DNA from: Candidatus Saccharimonadota bacterium
Lineage (GTDB): Bacteria > Pseudomonadota > Gammaproteobacteria > Enterobacterales > Enterobacteriaceae
Reading direction: 5' to 3'
DNA: 32,000 nucleotides
NCBI RefSeq assembly: GCF_900128735.1
Contig: NZ_LT667503.1
Span: 60,001-92,000 of the forward strand
In this document: positions 20,810 to 29,560 of the stretch, piece by piece
How positions within the stretch are numbered: the stretch's first letter is position 1
Layout of the letters: every line of letters begins with the position of its first letter
Translations under genes and position numbers: made by a program
The notes under the pieces: generated by a model
Databases searched by the model: none
Told to the model about the DNA's origin: nothing
The model's input: the letters and a program-made list of their open reading frames with translations, nothing else

Positions 20810-21402
20810 ACAAATTGAATTGGAAGAAAATTAATAATATGGTTCCTGTTATAGTGCAACATTATTTGTCTGGTGAAATACTTATGCATGGATATATGAA
20901 TCAAATAGCATTATCAAATACTATTGAGAAGAAATTATTAACTTTTTTTTCTAGAACTAAAAAAAGACTTTGGACTAAAGGCGAACTATCTAAAAATTTT
21001 TTACACGTAATATCTATAATTTTGGATTGTGACGAAGATGCACTTTTAGTGCAAGTTAAACCTGTTGGAAATACTTGTCATTTAGATCGCGGGAGTTGTT
21101 TTAAGAATCATTCATTTAGTTATTTATTTTTATATCAATTAGATAATCTTATTGAAAGTAGAAAAAATGATAGTTTAGGTTTTTCTTATACAAAGAAATT
21201 ATATTCTTCTGGAATAGCTAGAATAGCGCAGAAAGTTGGAGAAGAAGCTATTGAAACTGTTATAGCTGCATTAGAAAATAATTCAATTAATTTGATTAAT
21301 GAAATTTCTGATTTAATTTTTCATATTTTAGTGCTTTTACGTGAGCGAAATTTATCTTTTAATAATATTATTAAAAATTTAAAAAATCGCATGAAACATT
21401 GA
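20788..21402 (+). CDS. hisI: Bifunctional phosphoribosyl-AMP cyclohydrolase / phosphoribosyl-ATP pyrophosphatase
   Basis: ORF of 204 aa, …MVPVIVQH…[18 protein letters not shown]…CD.DALL…[11 protein letters not shown]…, collinear with E. coli HisIE (203 aa). It overlaps the hisF 3' end by 22 nt. Confidence 0.95.
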   Translation: MFVDKNIDKLNWKKINNMVPVIVQHYLSGEILMHGYMNQIALSNTIEKKLLTFFSRTKKRLWTKGELSKNFLHVISIILDCDEDALLVQVKPVGNTCHLDRGSCFKNHSFSYLFLYQLDNLIESRKNDSLGFSYTKKLYSSGIARIAQKVGEEAIETVIAALENNSINLINEISDLIFHILVLLRERNLSFNNIIKNLKNRMKH

Positions 21403-21557
21403 TTTTCTTTTATTTTTTTTATTTTTTGATATAAAAAATTATTTTAATATAAAATATACTTTTAATCAATATATTTTTATAAATTGATGGTGATGTTGGA
21501 TTTTAGTTTTATTTAGTTGGTAAATTATATATTATATTCAATAAATAAGGATTTTTT

Positions 21558-22967
21558 ATGTTAAAAAATGATCTGGGTGTTATTGGTATGGGTGTAATGG
21601 GAAAAAATTTAGCTCATAATATCGCTAATCATGGATATAAGGTTTCGGTTTTTAATCGATCTATTAGTTCTACAACTAAAATTTTAGTTCAAAATCCTAT
21701 TTCAGGAATTTTTCCTATTTTTTCATTAAAGGAATTTATTTGCTCATTAAAAAAACCTCGGTGCGTTATATTAATGATTAAAGCTGGAGCGCCTGTTGAT
21801 GACTTGATTTCCTTGTTATTACCTTATTTAGAAGATGATGATTTAATCATTGATGGCGGAAATTCTTTTTTTAAAGATACTATTTCACGTTGTAATTTAT
21901 TAAAAGAAAAAAAGATTCTTTTTCTAGGCACGGGGATTTCAGGTGGAGAAGAAGGTGCTTTAAATGGTCCGGCTATTATGCCAGGAGGAACTAAAAAAGC
22001 ATATAAAAGGATTTCAGATGTCTTTAAAAATATTTCTGCAAAATATAATAATGAAGCTTGCGTGCAATATATTGGGCCTAATGGAGCCGGTCATTATGTA
22101 AAAATGGTACATAATGGTATTGAATATAGTGACATGGAATTAATCGCTGAATCTTATTTTTTATTAAAAATATTATTAGGTATGAATAATAAAGAAATGT
22201 CTGATACTTTTTGTATATGGAATACGGGTGAGTTATCTAGTTATTTAATTGAAATTACGAGTCAAATTTTAAGAAAAAAAAATTCTCAAGGAAAATATGA
22301 ATTAGATTTCATTTTAGATGAAGCGTCACATAAAGGAACGGGCATGTGGACAGCTCAAAGCGCATTAGAATTACATATTCCACTTTCTGTCATTACAGAG
22401 TCTGTTTTTGTAAGATATTTATCTTCTTTACGTTCACAACGTTTTATTGCGGCAACTATTTTAAAAGGACCTAAGTGTAAAATCATTGATTCTAAAAACA
22501 GAAAAGATTTTATCGAGGATATAAGAAAGGCATTATTTTTAGGAAAGATTATTTCTTATGCGCAAGGATTTAATCAAATGAAAGAAGCTTCGCAAAAATA
22601 TTTATGGAATTTAAATTTTTCGAATATTGCAAAAATTTTTCGAGCTGGTTGCATCATTCGTGCTAATTTTTTAAATGATATTATGAGTTCTTTTTCTGAA
22701 AATAATGAGTTAATTAATTTATTAATTACACCTCTTTTTCAAGATGTTATTAATGAATATCAAAATTCTTTGCGTCGTATTGTTACAGTTGCCATGAAAA
22801 ATGGAATTGCGGTTCCAGTTTTTTCTGCAGCTTTATCATATTATGATTCATATCGTGCTATAAATTCTTCAGCTAATTTAATTCAAGCACAAAGAGATTA
22901 TTTTGGGTCTCATACTTATAAAAGAGTGGATAAAATTGGATCTTTTCATTTAGATTGGGCACACTAA
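21558..22967 (+). CDS. gnd: 6-phosphogluconate dehydrogenase (decarboxylating)
   Basis: ORF of 469 aa with motifs GVIGMGVMGKNLA.NI, GTGISGGEEGAL.GP.IMPGG, GAGHYVKMVHNGIEY.DM and LIQAQRDYFG.HTYKR. Collinear with E. coli Gnd (468 aa). AAGGA box upstream. Confidence 0.96.
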   Translation: MLKNDLGVIGMGVMGKNLAHNIANHGYKVSVFNRSISSTTKILVQNPISGIFPIFSLKEFICSLKKPRCVILMIKAGAPVDDLISLLLPYLEDDDLIIDGGNSFFKDTISRCNLLKEKKILFLGTGISGGEEGALNGPAIMPGGTKKAYKRISDVFKNISAKYNNEACVQYIGPNGAGHYVKMVHNGIEYSDMELIAESYFLLKILLGMNNKEMSDTFCIWNTGELSSYLIEITSQILRKKNSQGKYELDFILDEASHKGTGMWTAQSALELHIPLSVITESVFVRYLSSLRSQRFIAATILKGPKCKIIDSKNRKDFIEDIRKALFLGKIISYAQGFNQMKEASQKYLWNLNFSNIAKIFRAGCIIRANFLNDIMSSFSENNELINLLITPLFQDVINEYQNSLRRIVTVAMKNGIAVPVFSAALSYYDSYRAINSSANLIQAQRDYFGSHTYKRVDKIGSFHLDWAH

Positions 22968-22986
22968 TTCTTTTTTTTATATATTT

Positions 22987-23020
22987 GGGTAGAGATGCGG
23001 TTTTGATAGCGTCTCTGCCT
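22987..23020 (+). terminator. G+C-rich hairpin downstream of gnd (candidate terminator or relic structure)
   Basis: gggtagagatgc (22987-22998), loop ggttttgata, gcgtctctgcct (23009-23020): a 12-bp stem including three G-U pairs, starting 20 nt after the gnd stop. It is not followed by a U-tract (cttgcattaatt), so a canonical intrinsic terminator is uncertain. Confidence 0.4.
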
Positions 23021-23068
23021 TGCATTAATTAAATAATTTTAATACTTTTCTTTTATTATTAGGTTTTT

Positions 23069-24715
23069 ATGAACAATACTATCAAAAATATTTTAGTGAC
23101 ATGTGCATTTCCGTATGCTAATGGAAAATTACATTTAGGGCATATTTTAGAGCAAGTACAAGCAGATATTTGGGTTCGTTATCATCGCTTAAGAAATCGT
23201 CAGGTAACATTTATTTGTGCGGATGACGCGCATGGAACAGCAATTTTTTTACATGCCAAAAAGTTAAATATTCATCCTAATGAATTAATTCTTGTAATGA
23301 AAAAACAACATCAAAAAGTTTTATCTCAGTTTTCTATTTCACATGATTATTATTCCACTACAGATAGTAAACAAAATAAAAAGCTATGTTGTCATATATA
23401 TCAAACTTTAAAAGAAAAAAAATTAATTTCTAAAAAAATAATACCTCAATTATATGATACATCTTTACAAATGTTTTTATCAGATCGTTTAGTTAAAGGA
23501 GCATGTCCTGTTTGTTTGATTCGTGATCAATTTGGTGATCATTGTGATTCTTGCGGTGCTACATATAATGGTGTGGAATTAATACAACCCCAATCTATAT
23601 TATCTAATTCCCAGCCAGTTATCAAAAAATCTATGCATTTTTTTTTAGAATTATCAAAATTCTCAAATTTTTTAAAGAATTGGATACATTCTGGTTCTTT
23701 ACAAGTTCCTGTAGTAAATAAAGTTAAAGAATGGTTAATAACAGGTTTGAAAAATTGGAATATATCACGTGACAAACCGTATTTTGGTTTTAAAATTCCA
23801 GGTGTTATAAAAAAATATTTTTATGTTTGGTGGGATGCGCCTATAGGATATATTAGTTGCATTCAAGAATTAAGCTTAATTAGTTCAAATTTTTCTGTAG
23901 ATAAGTTTTGGAAAAAAGACTCCAATATTTTATTGTATCATTTTATAGGTAAAGATATTATTTATTTTCATAGTTTATTTTGGCCAGCTATTTTAGAAGG
24001 TATTGGATATCGTAAACCTACTAAAATATTTGCTCATGGTTATCTAACAATTAATGGAAGTAAATTATCTAAATCTAAAGGCATGATGATTTCGGCTGAT
24101 CATTGGTTAAAATATTTTGATTCAGATTCTTTACGTTATTATTTTGCTTCAAAGTTATCTGACTCTATAGATGATATTGAAATGAATTTAAATGATTATT
24201 TATTTAAAATTAATTCTGATATTGTGAATAATATTGTAAATCTTGCATCTCGGAATGCTAGTTTTTTAAAGAAATATTTTTCTAATAAATTATCTAAAGT
24301 GATTGTTGCGCCAAAATTATATCAATTGTATTATGATGCTATAAAGGAAATAGAATATTTTTTTGAAAATAGAAATTTTCAAAAAATTATTAAAAAAATA
24401 ATATATTTATCTGATATCGCTAACCAATATATTAGTGAAGAAAAACCTTGGTTATTAATTCAAAATTTTCAATCTAGAAATCATGTGCATAATATTTGTT
24501 CTATGGGAATTAATTTTTTTAGAATTCTAATGATTGCTTTAAAACCCATTATTCCAAAAATTACGAAGAAAGCTGAAATTTTTTTAAATATTTCTTTATC
24601 TTGGGATGATATTCAAAAACCATTATTAAATCATAAAATCAATGATTTTTATAGTTTATATTCAAGAATTCAACCTGAAGAGATTACAAATTTTTTAAAA
24701 ACTCTTAATTCATGA
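23069..24715 (+). CDS. metG: Methionyl-tRNA synthetase (core enzyme, no C-terminal appended domain)
   Basis: ORF of 548 aa with HIGH-type motif (PYANGKLHLGH), zinc knuckles CPVC…CDSCG and KMSKS-type motif (KLSKSKG). E. coli MetRS is 677 aa; this protein ends where the E. coli C-terminal dimerisation/tRNA-binding domain would begin. Confidence 0.95.
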   Translation: MNNTIKNILVTCAFPYANGKLHLGHILEQVQADIWVRYHRLRNRQVTFICADDAHGTAIFLHAKKLNIHPNELILVMKKQHQKVLSQFSISHDYYSTTDSKQNKKLCCHIYQTLKEKKLISKKIIPQLYDTSLQMFLSDRLVKGACPVCLIRDQFGDHCDSCGATYNGVELIQPQSILSNSQPVIKKSMHFFLELSKFSNFLKNWIHSGSLQVPVVNKVKEWLITGLKNWNISRDKPYFGFKIPGVIKKYFYVWWDAPIGYISCIQELSLISSNFSVDKFWKKDSNILLYHFIGKDIIYFHSLFWPAILEGIGYRKPTKIFAHGYLTINGSKLSKSKGMMISADHWLKYFDSDSLRYYFASKLSDSIDDIEMNLNDYLFKINSDIVNNIVNLASRNASFLKKYFSNKLSKVIVAPKLYQLYYDAIKEIEYFFENRNFQKIIKKIIYLSDIANQYISEEKPWLLIQNFQSRNHVHNICSMGINFFRILMIALKPIIPKITKKAEIFLNISLSWDDIQKPLLNHKINDFYSLYSRIQPEEITNFLKTLNS

Positions 24716-24719
24716 TAGA

Positions 24720-26030
24720 TTAAAGAGGTTCAAACCATAAAATTCTAATGTTTTTTTTTGTTTTTTCTTTTTTTTTAGTAAAGTTGAAAACTCCGAGAGC
24801 ACATATTAGATGATGATTATAAAAAATTAATGGAATTTTATTTCTATACCAAGGTGGAATTTTATTTTTTTGCCACATGTTTTTTATTTTTTTTTTATTT
24901 TTTTTGTTATTGCTTTCAATGTTTTCAGTCACTTGAAATTGAATAGTTACTATTTCTTTATTTTTTGGTTTGGGTATTTTCATGCCAAAATTTTTATCTT
25001 TTACTCCTATCAAAAAACCTAAATTATTTGGTAATTTAATGGGAAAAAAAATATTCTTCCAAATAAAAATGTTTTTTTTGATTTTTTTGGAAGATAGAAC
25101 ACAATATAGAGACAAATTATATTCATAGAATTCATATTCATGAAAAATTATTTTTTTTATTTTTTTATTTTTAAATTTTATTAATTCATTATTTATGCGA
25201 TTTAATAGATTGGCATTAGGAAATATTTTACTTTGATTAAATATCCATAATTTTAATATTAAAAATTTTAGGCTTTTTAACATATTTTTAAAATTTAATA
25301 AAGATAATCTACCATCTATAAATATATTTTTAGACAATTTTTTTTTTAGGAAAATATTTAGAACCTCTCGTTCTTCCGAAAGTATATCAATGCTATTAAC
25401 ACAATTTTTTAAAAAATAAGGCCAACGTTTATATATTTTCGGTAATATGAGATGTCTAATAAAATTTCGATCATATTTTATATTTAAATTTGATTTGTCT
25501 TCAATCCATTTTAAATTCTTTTTTTTAGCCCAATGAGTAATTTTTTTTTTGTCATAATTTAATAAAGGCCGTATAATATGTATACCATTTATTTTATTTG
25601 AATATTTTATTCCAGCAAGACTGGATATACCTCTCTTTCTTTTAAAAGCTAAAAAAATATTTTCGCATTGATCGTTCAGGTGGTGAGCGGTAAGTAAAAC
25701 TTCATTTTTTAATAAAAATTTTTTAAATATTTGGTATCTTTTATTTCTAGTGTCTTGCTCTATTCCATGGATATATTTTATTTGTTTTGGAATATCTGTT
25801 ATGATGAGAGGAACTTTATATTTTTTACATATCCAAAAACAATATTCTTGAGCTCTTTCGGAATTTTTATTTAAATGGTGATTAATATGTATTGCACGAA
25901 CTTTGATTTTTTTATGTTTTTTTTTCCATTTAAGCATTTGAAATAATAAAACTATTGAATCAATTCCTCCGCTTAAAGCTAGTAGAAAAAGATTATTTTT
26001 TGGGTATTTTAAAAATAAATTTTTTATCAA
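24720..26030 (-). CDS. tilS: tRNA(Ile)-lysidine synthase
   Basis: ORF of 436 aa (E. coli 432) with PP-loop LALSGGIDS near the N-terminus, HLNDQCE and YDRNFIRH. The start codon is TTG (26030-26028); the next in-frame Met lies after the PP-loop. Confidence 0.9.
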   Translation of the reverse strand: MIKNLFLKYPKNNLFLLALSGGIDSIVLLFQMLKWKKKHKKIKVRAIHINHHLNKNSERAQEYCFWICKKYKVPLIITDIPKQIKYIHGIEQDTRNKRYQIFKKFLLKNEVLLTAHHLNDQCENIFLAFKRKRGISSLAGIKYSNKINGIHIIRPLLNYDKKKITHWAKKKNLKWIEDKSNLNIKYDRNFIRHLILPKIYKRWPYFLKNCVNSIDILSEEREVLNIFLKKKLSKNIFIDGRLSLLNFKNMLKSLKFLILKLWIFNQSKIFPNANLLNRINNELIKFKNKKIKKIIFHEYEFYEYNLSLYCVLSSKKIKKNIFIWKNIFFPIKLPNNLGFLIGVKDKNFGMKIPKPKNKEIVTIQFQVTENIESNNKKNKKKIKNMWQKNKIPPWYRNKIPLIFYNHHLICALGVFNFTKKKEKTKKNIRILWFEPL

Positions 26031-26080
26031 TTGATATCTCTAATTATTTTATATTTTTAAGATTAATGAATGAGAATTAA

Positions 26081-26154
26081 TACGTTCGAGCGGACTTGAA
26101 CCGCTAACCTTTATTATGTCATAATAAAGCTCTAACCAATTGAGCTACGAACGT
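26081..26154 (-). tRNA. tRNA-Val (anticodon GAC)
   Basis: The minus strand folds by hand into a cloverleaf: acceptor ACGTTCG/CGAACGT, TA, D-arm GCTC-AATTGGTTA-GAGC, T, anticodon arm TTATT-ATGACAT-AATAA (GAC = plus-strand gtc 26118-26120), variable AGGTT, T-arm AGCGG-TTCAAGT-CCGCT, discriminator A. Overall similar to E. coli tRNA-Val(GAC). The next 3 nt are TTA, so CCA is not encoded. Confidence 0.9.
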
Positions 26155-26297
26155 ATCTTAAAGATATATTAATTATAAATAGATTTTTTATCAAGGAAAA
26201 TTTAATTTTTTATTACGAGAAAATTATTTTTTTTTTAGTATTTTAAAATCTATGATCTTTTTTATAAATATTAAATTTAATAATAGACTTAATAAAT

Positions 26298-26942
26298 ATG
26301 AATAATATTATTCGACATTTGATTTTAACTGAATTTGAAAGAAATTGTTATTATCCTAAAACTGAATTATATTATAGAAATCATTTTGAATTACTTATTG
26401 CTGTAATATTATCAGCACAAACTACTGATAGACAAGTTAATTTAGTTACAAAAAAATTATTTCAATTAGCTTCTACTCCGGCTCAGATTTTAATGATAGG
26501 ATCTCAAAAGTTAAATTACTTTATTAAATCTATTGGTTTTCATAATAAAAAAACATTATTTATTATTGAATTGTCTAAAATATTACAAATAAAATATAAA
26601 GGGAATATACCATCTACAAAAAAAAAGTTGTTATGTTTACCGGGAGTAGGTCAAAAAACAGCAAATATTATTTTAAATACTATTTTTGGTAAACGATATA
26701 TTGCTGTAGATAGACATGTTTTTCGTGTGTGTAATCGAACAGGTTTTGCTATTGGTAAATCTACAAGTATTATTGAAAAAAAATTAATGAGATATGTACC
26801 TAAGAAATTTATTTTACGATTTCATAATTGGTTTGTATTACACGGTCGTTATATTTGTAAAGCTAAAAATCCTCAATGTAATATTTGCATTATAAAAATA
26901 TGGTGTAAATATTTTAAAAAAAGATTTTCTCATGAGAAATAG
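26298..26942 (+). CDS. nth: Endonuclease III (DNA glycosylase / AP lyase)
   Basis: ORF of 214 aa with HhH-GPD context LPGVGQKTANI (catalytic Lys), IAVDRHVFRV (Asp) and the C-terminal 4Fe-4S ligands CKAKNPQCNICIIKIWC (C-x6-C-x2-C-x5-C). Collinear with E. coli Nth (211 aa). Confidence 0.94.
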   Translation: MNNIIRHLILTEFERNCYYPKTELYYRNHFELLIAVILSAQTTDRQVNLVTKKLFQLASTPAQILMIGSQKLNYFIKSIGFHNKKTLFIIELSKILQIKYKGNIPSTKKKLLCLPGVGQKTANIILNTIFGKRYIAVDRHVFRVCNRTGFAIGKSTSIIEKKLMRYVPKKFILRFHNWFVLHGRYICKAKNPQCNICIIKIWCKYFKKRFSHEK

Positions 26943-27034
26943 TTAAATATTTTTTAAGGGAAATTAAAAAAAATATTTTTCTTGATATTTATTTATATTA
27001 AATATTTTTTAAAACTAGCAAAAGGTTATCGTTA

Positions 27035-28321
27035 ATGGATGATAAAAATCATATTTTATCTATTTTAAAAAAAAGAAAATTGATTTTTCAAATTTCAGAT
27101 TATATGAGTTTATATAATTATGTTCTGAATAAAAAAATTTCCTTATATTGTGGTTTTGATCCAACCGCAGATAGCTTACATATCGGTCATTTATTACCGA
27201 TTATTTGTCTCAAATTTTTTCAAAATCTTGGTTTTTTTCCGTATATTTTAGTAGGTAGAGCTACTAGTATGGTAGGAGACCCTAGTTTTAAGCTATATGA
27301 ACGTAAACTTTATTCTATTGATTTAATAAGTTACAATCAAAAAAAAATAAAGAAACAACTGTTATATTTGTTTCGGCATAATCATAATGCTAAAAATAGC
27401 GTATTGTTTTTTGATAATTATACATGGTTTAAAAATATTTCGATTTTGGATTTTTTAAAAAATGTTGGAAAATATTTTTCAATCAATAACATGATTCATA
27501 AAGAATCGGTAAAGAATAGATTGTTAAATGTCAAAAATGGTATTTCATTTACCGAATTTTCGTATAGCTTATTACAGGCTTATGATTTTTACTATTTATT
27601 TAAGAAATATGGTGTGAGATTACAAGTGGGTGGGTCAGATCAATGGGGGAATATTACGTCAGGTATACATTTAATAAAAAAATTATTTCATAAACAAGTA
27701 TATGGTTTAACTGTTCCATTATTTACTAAAACTAATGGAGAAAAATTTGGAAAAACAGAAACTGATACTATTTGGTTAGATCCTAAGAAAACTAGTCCAT
27801 ATAAATTTTATCAATTTTGGATAAATATTCCGGATGATAAAGTATATCATGGATTAAAAATGTTGACTTTTTTAAAAAATGATCAAATTAATACTTTAGA
27901 TGATAAAAAAAATTTTATAGAAAATATTTTAGATAAAAAATTATTGCTAGCGGATACATTGACTCGTTTTGTTCATGGAAAAAAAAATCTTCTTGCGGTT
28001 AAAAGAATTTCTGCATTTTTATTTGGTCAAGAAGAAATAAATAGTTTGCAAGAAGATGATTTTTCTCAATTATTAAAAGATGGAATACCATTTATTATTT
28101 GTCAGAGTATCATTAGTTTACCAAATATTTTAGTGCAATCTAAATTATCTTCTTCTTTAAGTCAGGCAAAAAGAATAATTTTTTCTGGTGGTGTATATGT
28201 TAATGATATATTAAGGAAAACAAAAGATTATTTATTTCAAAAAAGTGATTATTTATTTGGAAAATATACGTTAATACGTAAAGGAAAAAAGAATTTTGTT
28301 TTAATTTATTGGAAATTTTGA
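27035..28321 (+). CDS. tyrS: Tyrosyl-tRNA synthetase
   Basis: ORF of 428 aa with YCGFDPTADSLHIGHL (HIGH), GGSDQWGNITSG, KFGKT (KMSKS equivalent), SPYKFYQFWIN and C-terminal S4-like LIRKGKKNFVLIYW. Collinear with E. coli TyrRS (424 aa). Confidence 0.95.
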   Translation: MDDKNHILSILKKRKLIFQISDYMSLYNYVLNKKISLYCGFDPTADSLHIGHLLPIICLKFFQNLGFFPYILVGRATSMVGDPSFKLYERKLYSIDLISYNQKKIKKQLLYLFRHNHNAKNSVLFFDNYTWFKNISILDFLKNVGKYFSINNMIHKESVKNRLLNVKNGISFTEFSYSLLQAYDFYYLFKKYGVRLQVGGSDQWGNITSGIHLIKKLFHKQVYGLTVPLFTKTNGEKFGKTETDTIWLDPKKTSPYKFYQFWINIPDDKVYHGLKMLTFLKNDQINTLDDKKNFIENILDKKLLLADTLTRFVHGKKNLLAVKRISAFLFGQEEINSLQEDDFSQLLKDGIPFIICQSIISLPNILVQSKLSSSLSQAKRIIFSGGVYVNDILRKTKDYLFQKSDYLFGKYTLIRKGKKNFVLIYWKF

Positions 28322-28328
28322 TTTCTAT

Positions 28329-28358
28329 AAGTTTCAATATTATTTAATATTGAAACTT
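28329..28358. terminator. Hairpin between convergent tyrS and the sufA-like gene (candidate bidirectional terminator)
   Basis: aagtttcaatat (28329-28340), loop tattta, atattgaaactt (28347-28358): a perfect 12-bp stem. The right arm and loop overlap the last codons and stop (28340-28342) of the minus-strand gene. The spacer between the two stops is only 18 nt. Confidence 0.45.
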
Positions 28359-28723
28359 TCTCCACAACCACAATGATATTTATTTTTTTTATTGTAAAAA
28401 GTAAAATGATAATTTAAACCATTTTTTGAAAAATCTATTATTGTTTCTTCTATTATGTTTATTTTTTTCTTAGGAATAAATATTCTGATTTGATTATTAT
28501 AAAAAATAAAATCTGAATCTTTTTGTATGTACACTAAATTTAAAATATATTTTAGTCCAGCACATCCTGATTTTTTTATGTTTATTTTAATCCCCGTGCA
28601 CTTTTGATCTTTTTGAACTAATTTTAACATTTGTTTTTCTGCTGCTGTTGTGATTTGTATTCCTTTCCATTTTTTTTTTTCAAGCTTAATTTTATAGTTT
28701 TTTTGTGACATAAATATTTCCAT
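28340..28723 (-). CDS. sufA: A-type iron-sulfur cluster carrier (HesB/IscA/SufA family), SufA-like
   Basis: ORF of 127 aa (or 123 aa from the second ATG at 28711). Three cluster-ligand cysteines sit in the family pattern: SGCAG…, and the C-terminal CGCGESF. The closest pattern match from memory is E. coli SufA (TGCAGFGY…KLFVP…ECGCGESFGV). The nth…tyrS…sufA…aroH…thrS order mirrors E. coli map order. Family-level confidence is high; the sufA assignment is moderate. Confidence 0.8.
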   Translation of the reverse strand: MEIFMSQKNYKIKLEKKKWKGIQITTAAEKQMLKLVQKDQKCTGIKINIKKSGCAGLKYILNLVYIQKDSDFIFYNNQIRIFIPKKKINIIEETIIDFSKNGLNYHFTFYNKKNKYHCGCGESFNIK

Positions 28724-29560
28724 ATTTTTTATTGAATTTTATAATTCAAGTATTTTTTTTTAAAATTTGATATATATTTTATGCGTTTTTTTAATAAAAG
28801 ATAAGCAATATATTCTATTATTTGATATTTTTTATTTAATCATTAATATTAAAATTTTTATTTTTTGATAATGAATTAAGAACATTCATTATTTTTTTTT
28901 TATTTTATTAATTAAAAATTATTATGTATATTGTCTAAGACAACAATTAATTTATAAATATTACAATTAGTTCGATTTTTTTTTTAAAATTAATGAATTA
29001 GATAAGTTACATATTTAATAAATAAAGTAAAAGATTTTTATATGACTAATATTTGAATAATCTTATTTTATTACTTTTTATTTTTTTGATTTTTTTTAAT
29101 ATTTTTTTTTGAAAATTTTTTCTAGATTTTTTAAAGAAATTTTTTATTTTTATTGCCCAATAGATTTATTAAACGGTATGATAGATTGAATAATTTAATT
29201 ATTTTTTTTAAAATCTTTTGAGATTTATTTTCTAATTATCAATATTTATAATGATGTCCTAATTAGGTGGTTTTTTTTATATTAATATATTTTTCATTAT
29301 AAGATTTATTAAACTTTTATATAATAGTAGAGTATCTTTTTTTTTATTGTATAATAAAATTATAAAAATTTTAAGTAAAGTAATATATAATATTTTTTAA
29401 AATATATTTTTTTTTATTTTTTAATATAGAATATGATTTTTCATCCTACTTAATAATTATAATTGCCTATAAAAAAAATATTTATTTTATTGATTAATTT
29501 TTTATAATGGTTTTAAATATTTCTTTTCCATTAATGAAAATAAAAATTAAAATATATATT

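Noticed and set aside
29162-29314. A direct repeat of the 13-mer agatttattaaac (29162-29174 and 29302-29314) inside the long spacer.
   Set aside because: By rough estimate a 13-mer match within about 1 kb of about 85-90% A+T sequence is expected by chance with probability of order 0.3-0.5. There are only two copies and no regular spacing, so this is not a CRISPR-like or iteron-like array.
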